DNA of 64,000 nt from an uncultured Clostridium sp. (GCA_947361355.1 CANAIR010000004.1:17226-81225), one strand, 5' to 3'; positions 10,199 to 20,057 are shown, numbered from the stretch's first letter. Translations and numbers: made by a program. Notes: generated from the letters alone by a model not told the origin.

Positions 10199-10252
10199 TT
10201 GTAATAATAATTTCTAATCACTACATATAGTAATCACAAATTATTACTACAA
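10199..10252 (-). promoter_or_regulatory. long imperfect stem-loop in the pnp 5' leader
   Basis: About 25-bp stem centred at 10225/10226, roughly 30 nt upstream of the pnp start. Four of five mismatches on the plus strand become G-U wobbles in the minus-strand (pnp mRNA) sense. Confidence 0.5.
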
Positions 10253-10359
10253 TTACCCCTTTAATTTTTTACTATTATACTATAAAAAAAATAATTCTTC
10301 AAGTAATAGTTAAACTTTTAAATTATATTTTTTAAAATAACTATTAACAATTAATTAAC

Positions 10360-10391
10360 AAAAAGTAGCAGAAACATTTCCACTACTTTTT
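10360..10391 (-). terminator. intrinsic terminator after the cohesin gene
   Basis: AAAAAGTAG...CTACTTTTT stem, extended by wobble pairs in the minus sense. The U-run is formed by the 3' arm. Confidence 0.5.
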
Positions 10392-10425
10392 GCTTAAATA
10401 ACAATAATAAATAATTTTACTTTTA

Positions 10426-11196
10426 CTATTTATCTAAAGAATTTTTTAAGTTTTTTCTGTTAACAAAAAATACTGCTAAACAAACTCCTCCAATTATTAA
10501 TATACCCACTATAATATATACAAAATATAAGTTTGCACCTGTTTTTGGAACATCAGTATTTTTATTTCCAGAACTGCTACCATTAGAATCTGGATTTGTA
10601 TCATTACCTGTATTAGTTCCACCATTATTATTTCCACTATCACCAGGATTTTCTGGATCTGTTGGTTCTGTTGGATTTACTGGTTTTTCCGGATCTACTG
10701 GCTTTTCGCCATTTTTGTTTAAGTTTAAGCTAATAGTTGAATCACCAAGAACTTTTTCTTGATTACCATCTGCTACTTCAACATTTTTTAATGATACATT
10801 AGCAACTTCTTCTTTATCAGTTTTTACTATAAAAGGAATTTGCATTATTTTACCATCATCTACTTGAAAATCTTTATTTCTATCCATTACTAATTTACGA
10901 GATGCTTCGTTATAATATGGTGGTGTCCATCCATTTCCACCTTCAATGTTATTAGAATCTATTTCTAATTGATTCGCATCAAATTCTAATTTAGCACCTG
11001 TTATTATAATACCTTTATCAGATTCTAAATTTGATAAATTAACTTCTACTACAATTCTTTCACCTTTTTTATAATTATTTTCTGAAGTATTTAAGTTAAC
11101 TTCTGCTGAAATTGTTGCATAAGTATTACTTAAAAATCCAATAGTAAAAATCATTATAATAGACAGTATTAAACATAATTTAATTGATTTTTTCAT
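10426..11196 (-). CDS. cell-wall-anchored cohesin-domain protein (anchoring scaffoldin-like)
   Basis: 256 aa. Signal peptide, cohesin-like beta-sandwich, Pro/Asn/Gly linker, VPKTG sorting motif followed by a hydrophobic helix and a basic tail. Confidence 0.75.
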   Translation of the reverse strand: MKKSIKLCLILSIIMIFTIGFLSNTYATISAEVNLNTSENNYKKGERIVVEVNLSNLESDKGIIITGAKLEFDANQLEIDSNNIEGGNGWTPPYYNEASRKLVMDRNKDFQVDDGKIMQIPFIVKTDKEEVANVSLKNVEVADGNQEKVLGDSTISLNLNKNGEKPVDPEKPVNPTEPTDPENPGDSGNNNGGTNTGNDTNPDSNGSSSGNKNTDVPKTGANLYFVYIIVGILIIGGVCLAVFFVNRKNLKNSLDK

Positions 11197-11209
11197 ATAA
11201 ATTCTCCTT

Positions 11210-14200
11210 TTATTGAATTAAAATTAATTTTATTTTAGCTAAATCTAATAGTGAAATTTCTCCATCATAATTCATATCAGCAGCCTTTAATTTAATTCCC
11301 GTTAATAATTCACGTTCAATATAATGTAATTTTAATTTTGCTATATCATTTGTTCCTATTACGCCATTACCATCTATATCACCAGTTACTACAAGTGTAT
11401 AACTTTGGGAACCTACTTGTAAAGTATCTCCTGTTTTTACAATGTTAGAATCATCTAATATATTTCCTTCTTTATCTTTAAATACCATATTTTGCTTTGT
11501 AGTTACATTATTTTTAAATATACTTACAGTTGTATTTGCTTCAATTTTTGAAATATATCCATCCTTTATTAAATATACATCAGAAGTAATACCTTCTTCT
11601 GGTTTATCTGGTAATGTAATATTTAATTTTAATGTTGCATCATTAGAGTTAACTTCAACATCACCGTTACTTGCAACAATATTTTTAATTGTTACTATTG
11701 ATTCTTGCGCCTTATTAACATTTTCTTTTACTTTAAATATTATTTTAGAGATATCTCCACCATTTTCAATAAACGCATTATTAAGAGTTACAAACTTCCA
11801 ATTTTTATCATTTACAGAGTTTTTGTCAAAATCCCAACCTGATTTACCTTCCATTGAAACAATTTCTAACACATTTGAATCATATTCAATTTGACCACTT
11901 ATAGCCATTAAACCTTTAGAAATATTTTTGTAATTGTTTATGTTAGTATTAACTTCAAATGTACTTCCTGGTTCAAATGTTGTACTTTGAGTATTCATTG
12001 TAGTTGCAAAACTTGATACTGTTACGTTACAAGGTTTTTCACTAATTGATTCTTCACTCATTGTTTCAACGCTTGTCCTAACTTTTAATTTATATGCCCC
12101 TTCATCTTCTTCTGTAACATTATCTATTCTTAAAACTTTATCTGTTTTTCCTTCTAATGCTTTATCATCTTTATACCATTGATATGTTTGATTAGAAGAT
12201 GTTTCAGTTATAGTTGGTGTTATTACTAGTTCATTTTTTATTGAAACTAATTTTGTTTCTGGCAAAGTGATTTCTGCAGGAACAACTCTTGGTTGAACGA
12301 CAGTTTGTTGTTTTTGTGCCTCTTGTGCAAGAACTGATTTTGCTACAAATTTAGCCTCTACTATACTGTTAACATTTGAAATATCATTATAATTTACTGA
12401 AATATCTATAGAATTTCTATCAGTTACTTCAATAGCATTTCCGCAAGCTGTTATTGATTCAATTTCATACCCTTCTTCTGGTACAATATTTAAGTTAGTT
12501 GATGTATTCTCTTTAAGTGTAATTATTCCACCTTCAACCTTACTATCAGTATTTATCTTTCCATTTTCTATTCCTGCTAATACAATAGATTTTTCCTTTC
12601 TATCATTTTCATCACTTTTAGTTGCTACAACAGAAAACGGACTAAATGAATCACAAGTTATAATTAATCCATATTGTGTAACTACACAAGGAATTTCTTC
12701 AGTTTTTATTACATTTCCATTATTATCTTTTACAAAATGGTAAGCTTTAAATGTAACACCTGCATCATCTGGACCATATCCTGCTGGAAAACCAAGTGAT
12801 ATTTGTAATCTATGTCCTGTTTTTACAACATACTTTTTGCATACATTCAAAGAAATATTATATGTTTCACTTGCTATAATTTCTTTACCATTTAATTCTT
12901 CTTTTACTAAATTATCCATACTTTCTTTTTCAGTTGCTGTTGTTTTTGATGTGATAAGTGCTATTCTACTACTAAGCTTATCTGCTAAATGTGTACCATA
13001 AGTTGTTTCCCAATCTGATAATGAAAGATCTTCACTTTCAATTAATGTTGGTCTTCCAAAGACTTCCCAATTTTTAGCTTTGTTCATACGGAAAGAACAT
13101 AGTATATCATTAGCGGCAGAGTATGTTATCTCCATTGGTTCTTTTCCACTGTTATATCCTACTAAACCAGTAAGTTTAATAAAATAGTCTGCTTGATCAT
13201 CAGCAAACATTTTACTAAATTCTAAGTCAAATGTTATTGTACGTTTACCATCAAACTTAAAGTTTTTTATAGAAGCATGTGTTGCTCCTGTTGGTCCAGA
13301 AGATGTAAACTCATATCCAACTTCAGTTGCACCTTCTTTTAAAATTAAATCATCATCATAAATAACTTCTACTTTATATGTAGGTCCAACTGAAAATGTT
13401 TGTGTTGGTCGTGGAGTTTGTTTCTTTATATAAGGTCTACCCTTATATGTTCCACTAGGATTATACATTTTATCTGTTTTAACTACGAAATCACTTTCAT
13501 CTCCTTGATAAGCTAAATATTTAGGATCATTTTGATAATCACCTGGCGCTAAAGTTGTTACAGCTACTTCAGCATATTCAGCATTTGCAAGATACATATA
13601 AATATAACTTCCTTCATCACTAAAACCACCAGCATATACATCAGGTAAAAAATAAGCCCAAGGACTTTCCTCCCATACCTCATCACCTGGTTTATAGTAA
13701 TGTGTTTTTAATAATATATATTTTCCTTCTTTTGCTGCTTGTTCATACCCCTTATTATCATAACTTATATAATATTCACCTGCTTTGTATTCTTCTGTTT
13801 CATAGCCATCTTGTTTGTATTTTACAACTAATTTATCTTTATCAAAAACACAAGCATTACCATAATCTTCTAATGATAATTCTGGATATGTAAATTTATA
13901 GTCTCCAGCTGCTTCTACAGTTTCAATAAGATTATGATCTCTATTCATAGTCTCCTCACCAACAAGGAAATATTTAGTATTTTCAAATCCTTCAACTATA
14001 TCATCACCAGGATTTTCCCACTCTCCATCTTGTGGTGGTAATTTACGAATAAAAGGATCATCAAAAGTAGCATCTACAGCATACCATTTTGTTTCAACTG
14101 ATCTAGCTGATGTTTGATTTTCAATTTTAACGTAATTCCACATGTGTGGTACTTGTACTCCATCTTCATATTTATGAGTACCTTGTACAAGGATACTTGT

Positions 14201-14788
14201 AAAACCCATTTTATCTAAAATTGTTTTAAAAGCTCTTGAATAACCTTCACATACACCTTGTCCTTTAACAAGAATTCCATATGGTGTTCCTAAAAATCCT
14301 TCATAACCTTCTTTACAATCTGTTTCTAATCTATAAGAAGCATTTCTAATTATTTGATTATGTACATATTTCATTTGTTCAACTTTTTCGTCTTTAACTT
14401 GACTATTACTTACTTCTTCTTTTACAGATTTTGCTCCTTCAATAATTTCATTTACTTTATTATCGAATTCTACAACTGCCGCATCTACTTCTTCCTTGTT
14501 TGAAAATCCAGTTGTATAATAATCTGCATATCTACCAGAACCAATATTTGCATGATATTTATTATTTGAATCTTTAGTTATTCTAATAGATAATTTTTGG
14601 AAATTAACATAAAAAACTTCTGGATAATCTGCATAAAAAGCATACCTTGCTGCATTCATTGCAGTAGTTAATTTAGTATTTCCTCTCTCATACTCCTTTG
14701 CTTCTTCTTCAGTGAAGTGACCATTTTCTACTAAATCATAACTTTGAGTACCAGTTTTAAATATCCCACGAATATACATATTATACAT
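11210..14788 (-). CDS. large surface protein: transglutaminase-like core, Ig-like domain, cohesin domain, C-terminal dockerin. The 5' end appears truncated; the true gene probably starts at 14960.
   Basis: 1192-aa ORF. Cys-His-Asp transglutaminase-like triad context (GVCEGYSRAF...PHMWNYV...AVDATFDD). Ig motif (YQWYKDDK...DEGAYKLKV). Cohesin-like segment. Dockerin duplicated Ca loops (DIDGNGVIGTND, DMNYDGEISLLD). 56 start-less sense codons lie upstream of the first ATG. Confidence 0.8.
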   Translation of the reverse strand: MYNMYIRGIFKTGTQSYDLVENGHFTEEEAKEYERGNTKLTTAMNAARYAFYADYPEVFYVNFQKLSIRITKDSNNKYHANIGSGRYADYYTTGFSNKEEVDAAVVEFDNKVNEIIEGAKSVKEEVSNSQVKDEKVEQMKYVHNQIIRNASYRLETDCKEGYEGFLGTPYGILVKGQGVCEGYSRAFKTILDKMGFTSILVQGTHKYEDGVQVPHMWNYVKIENQTSARSVETKWYAVDATFDDPFIRKLPPQDGEWENPGDDIVEGFENTKYFLVGEETMNRDHNLIETVEAAGDYKFTYPELSLEDYGNACVFDKDKLVVKYKQDGYETEEYKAGEYYISYDNKGYEQAAKEGKYILLKTHYYKPGDEVWEESPWAYFLPDVYAGGFSDEGSYIYMYLANAEYAEVAVTTLAPGDYQNDPKYLAYQGDESDFVVKTDKMYNPSGTYKGRPYIKKQTPRPTQTFSVGPTYKVEVIYDDDLILKEGATEVGYEFTSSGPTGATHASIKNFKFDGKRTITFDLEFSKMFADDQADYFIKLTGLVGYNSGKEPMEITYSAANDILCSFRMNKAKNWEVFGRPTLIESEDLSLSDWETTYGTHLADKLSSRIALITSKTTATEKESMDNLVKEELNGKEIIASETYNISLNVCKKYVVKTGHRLQISLGFPAGYGPDDAGVTFKAYHFVKDNNGNVIKTEEIPCVVTQYGLIITCDSFSPFSVVATKSDENDRKEKSIVLAGIENGKINTDSKVEGGIITLKENTSTNLNIVPEEGYEIESITACGNAIEVTDRNSIDISVNYNDISNVNSIVEAKFVAKSVLAQEAQKQQTVVQPRVVPAEITLPETKLVSIKNELVITPTITETSSNQTYQWYKDDKALEGKTDKVLRIDNVTEEDEGAYKLKVRTSVETMSEESISEKPCNVTVSSFATTMNTQSTTFEPGSTFEVNTNINNYKNISKGLMAISGQIEYDSNVLEIVSMEGKSGWDFDKNSVNDKNWKFVTLNNAFIENGGDISKIIFKVKENVNKAQESIVTIKNIVASNGDVEVNSNDATLKLNITLPDKPEEGITSDVYLIKDGYISKIEANTTVSIFKNNVTTKQNMVFKDKEGNILDDSNIVKTGDTLQVGSQSYTLVVTGDIDGNGVIGTNDIAKLKLHYIERELLTGIKLKAADMNYDGEISLLDLAKIKLILIQ

Positions 14789-15120
14789 TGCATCGTATAT
14801 TTTTTTAGAATCATTTTCTAGCTGTTTATAATGAAATTTTGTATCATTACTTCCATTTTGACTTTCTACAGCATAAACATAGTTGTCAAATTTGAAAAAG
14901 CCAAATTGAGATACAAAAAAACAATTAAAAACATTATAGCTAATACTTTTTTTGTTTCATATCTTTCCCTTCCTTTATTAATATAATTTCAACAACTGAA
15001 TAATAAAATATTCAATTATATTATAACATATTTTACGAAAAAATCAACAATTTATTTAATATTTTTCTACACTACATAATATTTAATTTTTAAGCAAAAC
15101 ATAAAAGTCAAATATACATA

Positions 15121-15148
15121 AAATGAGATGTGTTATAGCATCTCATTT
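15121..15148 (-). terminator. hairpin terminator after galE (bidirectional shape)
   Basis: AAATGAGATG / CATCTCATTT 10-bp stem with T/A runs on both sides. Confidence 0.5.
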
Positions 15149-15153
15149 TTTAT

Positions 15154-16176
15154 TTATCGTAACTTATTATTATTTAATTTTTTTTGAAAGTTCCATGTAT
15201 CTTTACACATATCAGATAAAGTTTTTGTTGCAACAAAACCAAGTTCACTTTTTGCCTTTTCAGGATTAGAATAACAAGAAGATATATCTCCCGCTCTTCT
15301 AGCAACTATCCTATATGGTACTTTTACACCATTTACTTTTTCAAAAGTTTTTACCATATCTAATACACTATAACCTTTCCCAGTACCTAAATTATATATA
15401 TATATTCCTTTTTTTACTTCATCTAGTTTATTTAATGCAAGTATATGTCCTTTTGCTAAGTCAACTACATGTATATAATCTCTTACTCCTGTACCATCAT
15501 AAGTATCATAATCATCTCCAAAAATAGATAATTCCTTTAATGTACCTGCTGCTACCCTTGAAATATATGGCATTAAATTATTTGGCTTTCCTTTTGGCAC
15601 TTCGCCTATTAAACCACTTTCGTGTGCTCCAACAGGATTAAAGTATCTAAGTATAGTTATGTTCCAGCTATTATCTGATTTATATATATCTTGCAACATT
15701 TGCTCTATCATAAGTTTTGAAGTTCCATATGGATTAGTAGTGCCACCAATTTTGCATTCCTCTGTTATTGGTACTATTTCAGGATCACCATACACTGTAG
15801 CAGATGATGAAAATATAAATTTTCTAACATTATATTTTTTCATAACTTCTAGTAAATTTAGAGCCCCCGAAACATTATTAACATAATATTCTATTGGTTT
15901 TTCTACAGATTCTCCAACTGCTTTATAGCCTGCAAAATTTATTACACTGTCTATATCGTTTTCTTTAAATACTTGTTCTAATGAACCTTTATCTAAATAA
16001 TTAATTTCATAGAATTTAAAACTTTTCCCAGTTATCTTTTTAATAGCTTCTAAAGAATTAGCATTACTATTTGAAAAATTATCTACAACAACTATTTCTC
16101 TTGCGCTATTTAATAATTCTATACAAGTATGTGAGCCTATATAACCAGCTCCCCCCGTTACTAAAACTTTTTTCAT
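15154..16176 (-). CDS. galE: UDP-glucose 4-epimerase
   Basis: 340 aa. GGAGYIGSH Rossmann motif, YGTSK catalytic motif, typical GalE length. Confidence 0.9.
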   Translation of the reverse strand: MKKVLVTGGAGYIGSHTCIELLNSAREIVVVDNFSNSNANSLEAIKKITGKSFKFYEINYLDKGSLEQVFKENDIDSVINFAGYKAVGESVEKPIEYYVNNVSGALNLLEVMKKYNVRKFIFSSSATVYGDPEIVPITEECKIGGTTNPYGTSKLMIEQMLQDIYKSDNSWNITILRYFNPVGAHESGLIGEVPKGKPNNLMPYISRVAAGTLKELSIFGDDYDTYDGTGVRDYIHVVDLAKGHILALNKLDEVKKGIYIYNLGTGKGYSVLDMVKTFEKVNGVKVPYRIVARRAGDISSCYSNPEKAKSELGFVATKTLSDMCKDTWNFQKKLNNNKLR

Positions 16177-16223
16177 TTAAATTTCCTTTCTTAGATTAAA
16201 TTTAATAATATTAAATAACAAAA

Positions 16224-17120
16224 TTACTTTTTCTTTAATAAAGAGTATATTTTTTTTATTGGTAATTCTATTAAAAGTTCAATTTTTCTAACATATCTTA
16301 ATACTTCAAAAATACATACTTGAAGTTTATTTATTTTATTGTATTTTTTATGATAATAAATTCTACTATCAAAAAGAAAATCTTGTTTTTTAAACATGTT
16401 CATAAGCTTTCCAATACATTGACTATCATAATGTAAAAAATTTATATTATTCAAACTATATATTTCATATCCTTTTTGTTGGAATTTTGAACCTAATATA
16501 TCTTCTTCAAAAAATAAAAAAGTATTTTCATCAAAATATTCAACTTCCTTAAACTTATCATGCCTTGCTATAAAAAATGAACCTGCAATAGCAAAAACTT
16601 TTAAATATTCTTTATTTAGATCTGAGTTATATTCACCTTTTTTTAAAATAGGATTTAATAAAAACTCAGTTAATCTTGTACAACATGCAACATCTATCAA
16701 AAAAGTTCTTTTCTTCCATGCACTTCTTCTTGCAGGTCCATTAACAAAATTCATTCTTGGTGAAGCAATTGCAACGTTTTTATTTTCTTCCATAAAGTTT
16801 ATTGTTTTTTGTATTGTTTCTTCATCTACACTAACATCTGGATTAGATATAATGACATATTCGAATTTATTTTTATAAATATTATCAATATATCTTAATC
16901 CAAAATTATTACCAGAAGCATAGCCAGCATTTTTACTTGTTTGAATTACATCAACTTTTGCATTTTTTAAAGATTTTAAATTTTCTAATTCACCATCGTT
17001 AGTTGATTTATTATCTACCACTATTATTTTATTTATAATATTATACGTTTTCATAATTTCAATATAATTTTTTGTATTTTCAAAATCATTATAATTTAAG
17101 ATTATAAGTGCTACTTTCAT
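16224..17120 (-). CDS. family 2 glycosyltransferase
   Basis: MKVALIILNYNDFENT... GT2 N-terminus. Preferred ATG 17118-17120 behind GGGAGA, one base after the upstream stop. The ORF track extends to 17171. Confidence 0.8.
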   Translation of the reverse strand: MKVALIILNYNDFENTKNYIEIMKTYNIINKIIVVDNKSTNDGELENLKSLKNAKVDVIQTSKNAGYASGNNFGLRYIDNIYKNKFEYVIISNPDVSVDEETIQKTINFMEENKNVAIASPRMNFVNGPARRSAWKKRTFLIDVACCTRLTEFLLNPILKKGEYNSDLNKEYLKVFAIAGSFFIARHDKFKEVEYFDENTFLFFEEDILGSKFQQKGYEIYSLNNINFLHYDSQCIGKLMNMFKKQDFLFDSRIYYHKKYNKINKLQVCIFEVLRYVRKIELLIELPIKKIYSLLKKK

Positions 17121-17121
17121 T

Positions 17122-18027
17122 TTATTTCTCCCATACCACTGAAACTTTAGACTTTTTAACATAGTTTGCAAATGTATTAAGTGTCATTGATCTATTTGCA
17201 TATATCCTTGGGATTGAATAAATATCATCGTGTTTTGATGTATAATATATTCCCCCATCCATAGCAAGACCATACTTATACCCTAATTCTTTTGACAAAT
17301 CCAAAACTGTATTATTAAAAGAGCCATATGGATAACATATTACTTCAGTATCTATATCTAACTTTTCTTTTAAATATTTCTTTGAATTATTTAATTCCTG
17401 ATATATTTTTTCCTTACTTAATGTAGCAAGCTTAGGATGAGTTACAGTATGTGACTGAATATCAATTAATCCACTTTCTTTCATTTCTTTTAATTGATCT
17501 AATTTTACATATCCAGGTGTACCTATTAAATCTGTAATAACATAATATGATGCTTTCATATTATACTTTTTAAATAAAGGAAAAGCGTTTAAATAAAAAT
17601 CTTCCCATCCATCATCAAAAGTAAGCCATACAGGCTTAGTAAAATTCTCCAAATTACCTATATCTGTTTTGTATATTGTCTGATAATTGTTTTCTTTTAA
17701 ATAATTTAATTGATTTTCTAAAGTTTCTGGACTAACCATATTTTCTGGAAACTCATAATCTCCTGTATCCTCTCTTACAAAATGATACATAAATATTGGA
17801 ACTACTGCATTTACACTTTTTGCTTTTCTAGTTTCGGATAATGCTATACTACCTTCATCAATTTTTGAAAGGCTTAAACTTTCAGTTGTAAAGACATCAT
17901 TTAAGGCTTTCTTTGGTGTTTTAGTTACAATAATTAAAGATAAAATAATTATTATAATCAATACAAATATTAATAGACTAAATAATATTTTATTGTTTCT
18001 TTTTTTTCTTTTAGAACTCTCATCCAT
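17122..18027 (-). CDS. polysaccharide deacetylase (NodB homology domain), membrane anchored
   Basis: 301 aa. N-terminal TM helix. NodB motifs (LTFDDGWEDF, QSHTVTHP). Confidence 0.85.
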   Translation of the reverse strand: MDESSKRKKRNNKILFSLLIFVLIIIIILSLIIVTKTPKKALNDVFTTESLSLSKIDEGSIALSETRKAKSVNAVVPIFMYHFVREDTGDYEFPENMVSPETLENQLNYLKENNYQTIYKTDIGNLENFTKPVWLTFDDGWEDFYLNAFPLFKKYNMKASYYVITDLIGTPGYVKLDQLKEMKESGLIDIQSHTVTHPKLATLSKEKIYQELNNSKKYLKEKLDIDTEVICYPYGSFNNTVLDLSKELGYKYGLAMDGGIYYTSKHDDIYSIPRIYANRSMTLNTFANYVKKSKVSVVWEK

Positions 18028-18142
18028 ATCCTATTTATCACCTCTTAAAATTATATTGTTTTAAATAAAAATATAAAACTAATATATAAAAAATATTATA
18101 ACATATATAAATTATAATTTCTAGTAGTAAAAATAATTAAAT

Positions 18143-18183
18143 AAAAAAAAGAATATAAAATATTTTTTCAATATTTCATATTC
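18143..18183 (-). terminator. intrinsic terminator
   Basis: 14-bp AT-rich stem (18151-18183) followed in the minus sense by U8 (A-run 18143-18150). Confidence 0.6.
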
Positions 18184-18215
18184 TAATTATAATAAATATT
18201 TTATCCAAAGTAAAT

Positions 18216-19919
18216 CTAAACTAAAATCAACTCATACGAACCTATAATTAATAGTATAAACGATATCATCGCTATGTTCATAACTCTGTTTTTGTTAATT
18301 TTATTTTTTAATCCATCATGGGACAGACAAATTAAAACTAAAGGCAATAATGGGAAAATATATCTGGTTTGATAGCCATCTACATATTCTTTGCCTACCT
18401 CTGTAAATGACAAATATAGTGCCAAACTTGTTGTAGCAAATACAGCTAAAAAAGTAAGTAATAAAATAATTTTTCGTTTATTATCAAAATTATAATCATC
18501 TTCCGTTAAAGCTACATAAAATAAGAAAAATATCATAAAAAATACAATATTTGAGGAGTTTTTACCAAAAAATACTCCTGGATGTATTCCTGTTATCCAA
18601 TTAAAATTAAGTATAGTTGATTTTAAATGATTTATTGCTAAAACAACATCATGCTTTGGATTAGTAATAAGAAGTTTTGCTTGTCTAGATGTATCTGTAT
18701 TTCCACCTCTAACATCAGAAATTAATTTATTATTTTTTAAATATATACCAACAAAGATTAATGAAATAACTAATAAAATTGAAATAATTATAAAAATTGG
18801 CATATACTTTTTATTCTTCTTTAGTGTTTTTACAACAGGAAGTATTAAAATCAACATACCTATGCAAATATATGACATTGATTTACCTGCTAAAACTAAC
18901 ATAAAAATACCTAATAATATAAAGGCTTGCTTTAAAGATATAGTTTCAGTATTTTTATACAAGTTTAGACAATATGCTATAAATAAAGATATAGTACCAA
19001 CACAGTAAGCGTCCACTGAATATGAAGCTGCTAACACTAATAATATTGGCATACAAAATATTACTGCAAATATATTTTTCTTATATGGTAATAACTTTAA
19101 AGCTGGTATTATTAAAAGACCATATGAAATAAGATTAAATATTCTTCCAGCTACATATATATCTATTATACTTCCACCCAAAAGTTTAGCTAGAAATATT
19201 CCAATTGCAGGAAATATATATGCAATAGCTAAATAATTAGTAGGCGTAGAACCTATATCATCCATATCAACATCATTAGTTATATTAGGTTTATATTTCA
19301 CTAAATATCCATCAATATCTATAATTTTTGTTTCATGTTTAATTTCGTTTAATTGATTATCTGTTATCGGATTTTTTTCATAGTCCAAATTAAAATTTGC
19401 TATATTAAACGCTGTCATAAAATGCCTCTTTTCATCCAAATTGTGATTAAACTGTGTAGACACTGAAAATACTAATCCAAAAGTAAATAAAAAAACAACA
19501 ACATTTTTAATAGAATTATTTGATAGATAAATAACAAAAATTGTACTCATTAAAATTGTAATTAGTATAAGTGATAAAATTCTTATATTATAATTACATT
19601 TTATTATTAAAAATCCTATAAAAAAGACTGATACTATAGACAGTATCAAAAATAAGAATGTAACTATTTTTTTAAATTTATTATCACTTACATTTACCGC
19701 TTCATCTATAAATTTTTCATTGAATATAAAGTATATAATAAAAAAAACTATATATGATACTATTCTAAATAAAGAAAAATTATATGAACTTTCATTATGT
19801 TGTAAAAAATTACTTACATTAATAGTATTACAGTAAAATAATTCAAATATTATCATTGCAATAAGCATTATTATAACAGTTACAATTTTAATACTATTTT
19901 TGTTTATTAACTTATTCAT
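18216..19919 (-). CDS. polytopic membrane protein, GT-C-like glycosyltransferase or polymerase candidate (DUF2142-like)
   Basis: 567 aa with more than 10 predicted TM helices and a loop motif NLDEKRHF after the early helices. The family call is tentative. Confidence 0.6.
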   Translation of the reverse strand: MNKLINKNSIKIVTVIIMLIAMIIFELFYCNTINVSNFLQHNESSYNFSLFRIVSYIVFFIIYFIFNEKFIDEAVNVSDNKFKKIVTFLFLILSIVSVFFIGFLIIKCNYNIRILSLILITILMSTIFVIYLSNNSIKNVVVFLFTFGLVFSVSTQFNHNLDEKRHFMTAFNIANFNLDYEKNPITDNQLNEIKHETKIIDIDGYLVKYKPNITNDVDMDDIGSTPTNYLAIAYIFPAIGIFLAKLLGGSIIDIYVAGRIFNLISYGLLIIPALKLLPYKKNIFAVIFCMPILLVLAASYSVDAYCVGTISLFIAYCLNLYKNTETISLKQAFILLGIFMLVLAGKSMSYICIGMLILILPVVKTLKKNKKYMPIFIIISILLVISLIFVGIYLKNNKLISDVRGGNTDTSRQAKLLITNPKHDVVLAINHLKSTILNFNWITGIHPGVFFGKNSSNIVFFMIFFLFYVALTEDDYNFDNKRKIILLLTFLAVFATTSLALYLSFTEVGKEYVDGYQTRYIFPLLPLVLICLSHDGLKNKINKNRVMNIAMISFILLIIGSYELILV

Positions 19920-20057
19920 TAAATCACCTCAAAAAATATAAAAACAATCTACATTAAGTAATTTATAATTTGTTTTTTATAACATATATAGTATATATTT
20001 AAACAATATATAAGTCAATAAGATTTATCTTTTTTTATAAAATCCAATAAATTTGCA

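Noticed and set aside
10253-10359. I looked for rpsO or another small gene or ncRNA upstream of pnp.
   Set aside because: There is no ORF with an RBS and no GC-rich structured segment beyond the leader hairpin and the neighbouring terminator.
10560-10700. Repetitive DNA in the cohesin gene, considered as a variable-number repeat.
   Set aside because: It encodes a Pro/Asn/Gly/Thr low-complexity linker (EKPVDPEKPVNPTEPTDPENPG...) with no exact nucleotide periodicity.
11442-11894. A 150-aa plus-strand ORF. Similar short plus-strand ORFs occur at 1836-2162, 2985-3272, 20378-20770, 29833-30264, 41034-41360, 46952-47296, 53805-54143 and 58591-59316.
   Set aside because: All are antisense shadows inside long minus-strand genes with recognisable products. 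They are Phe/Leu/Ser/Ile-rich, as expected from the reverse frames of AT-rich coding DNA.
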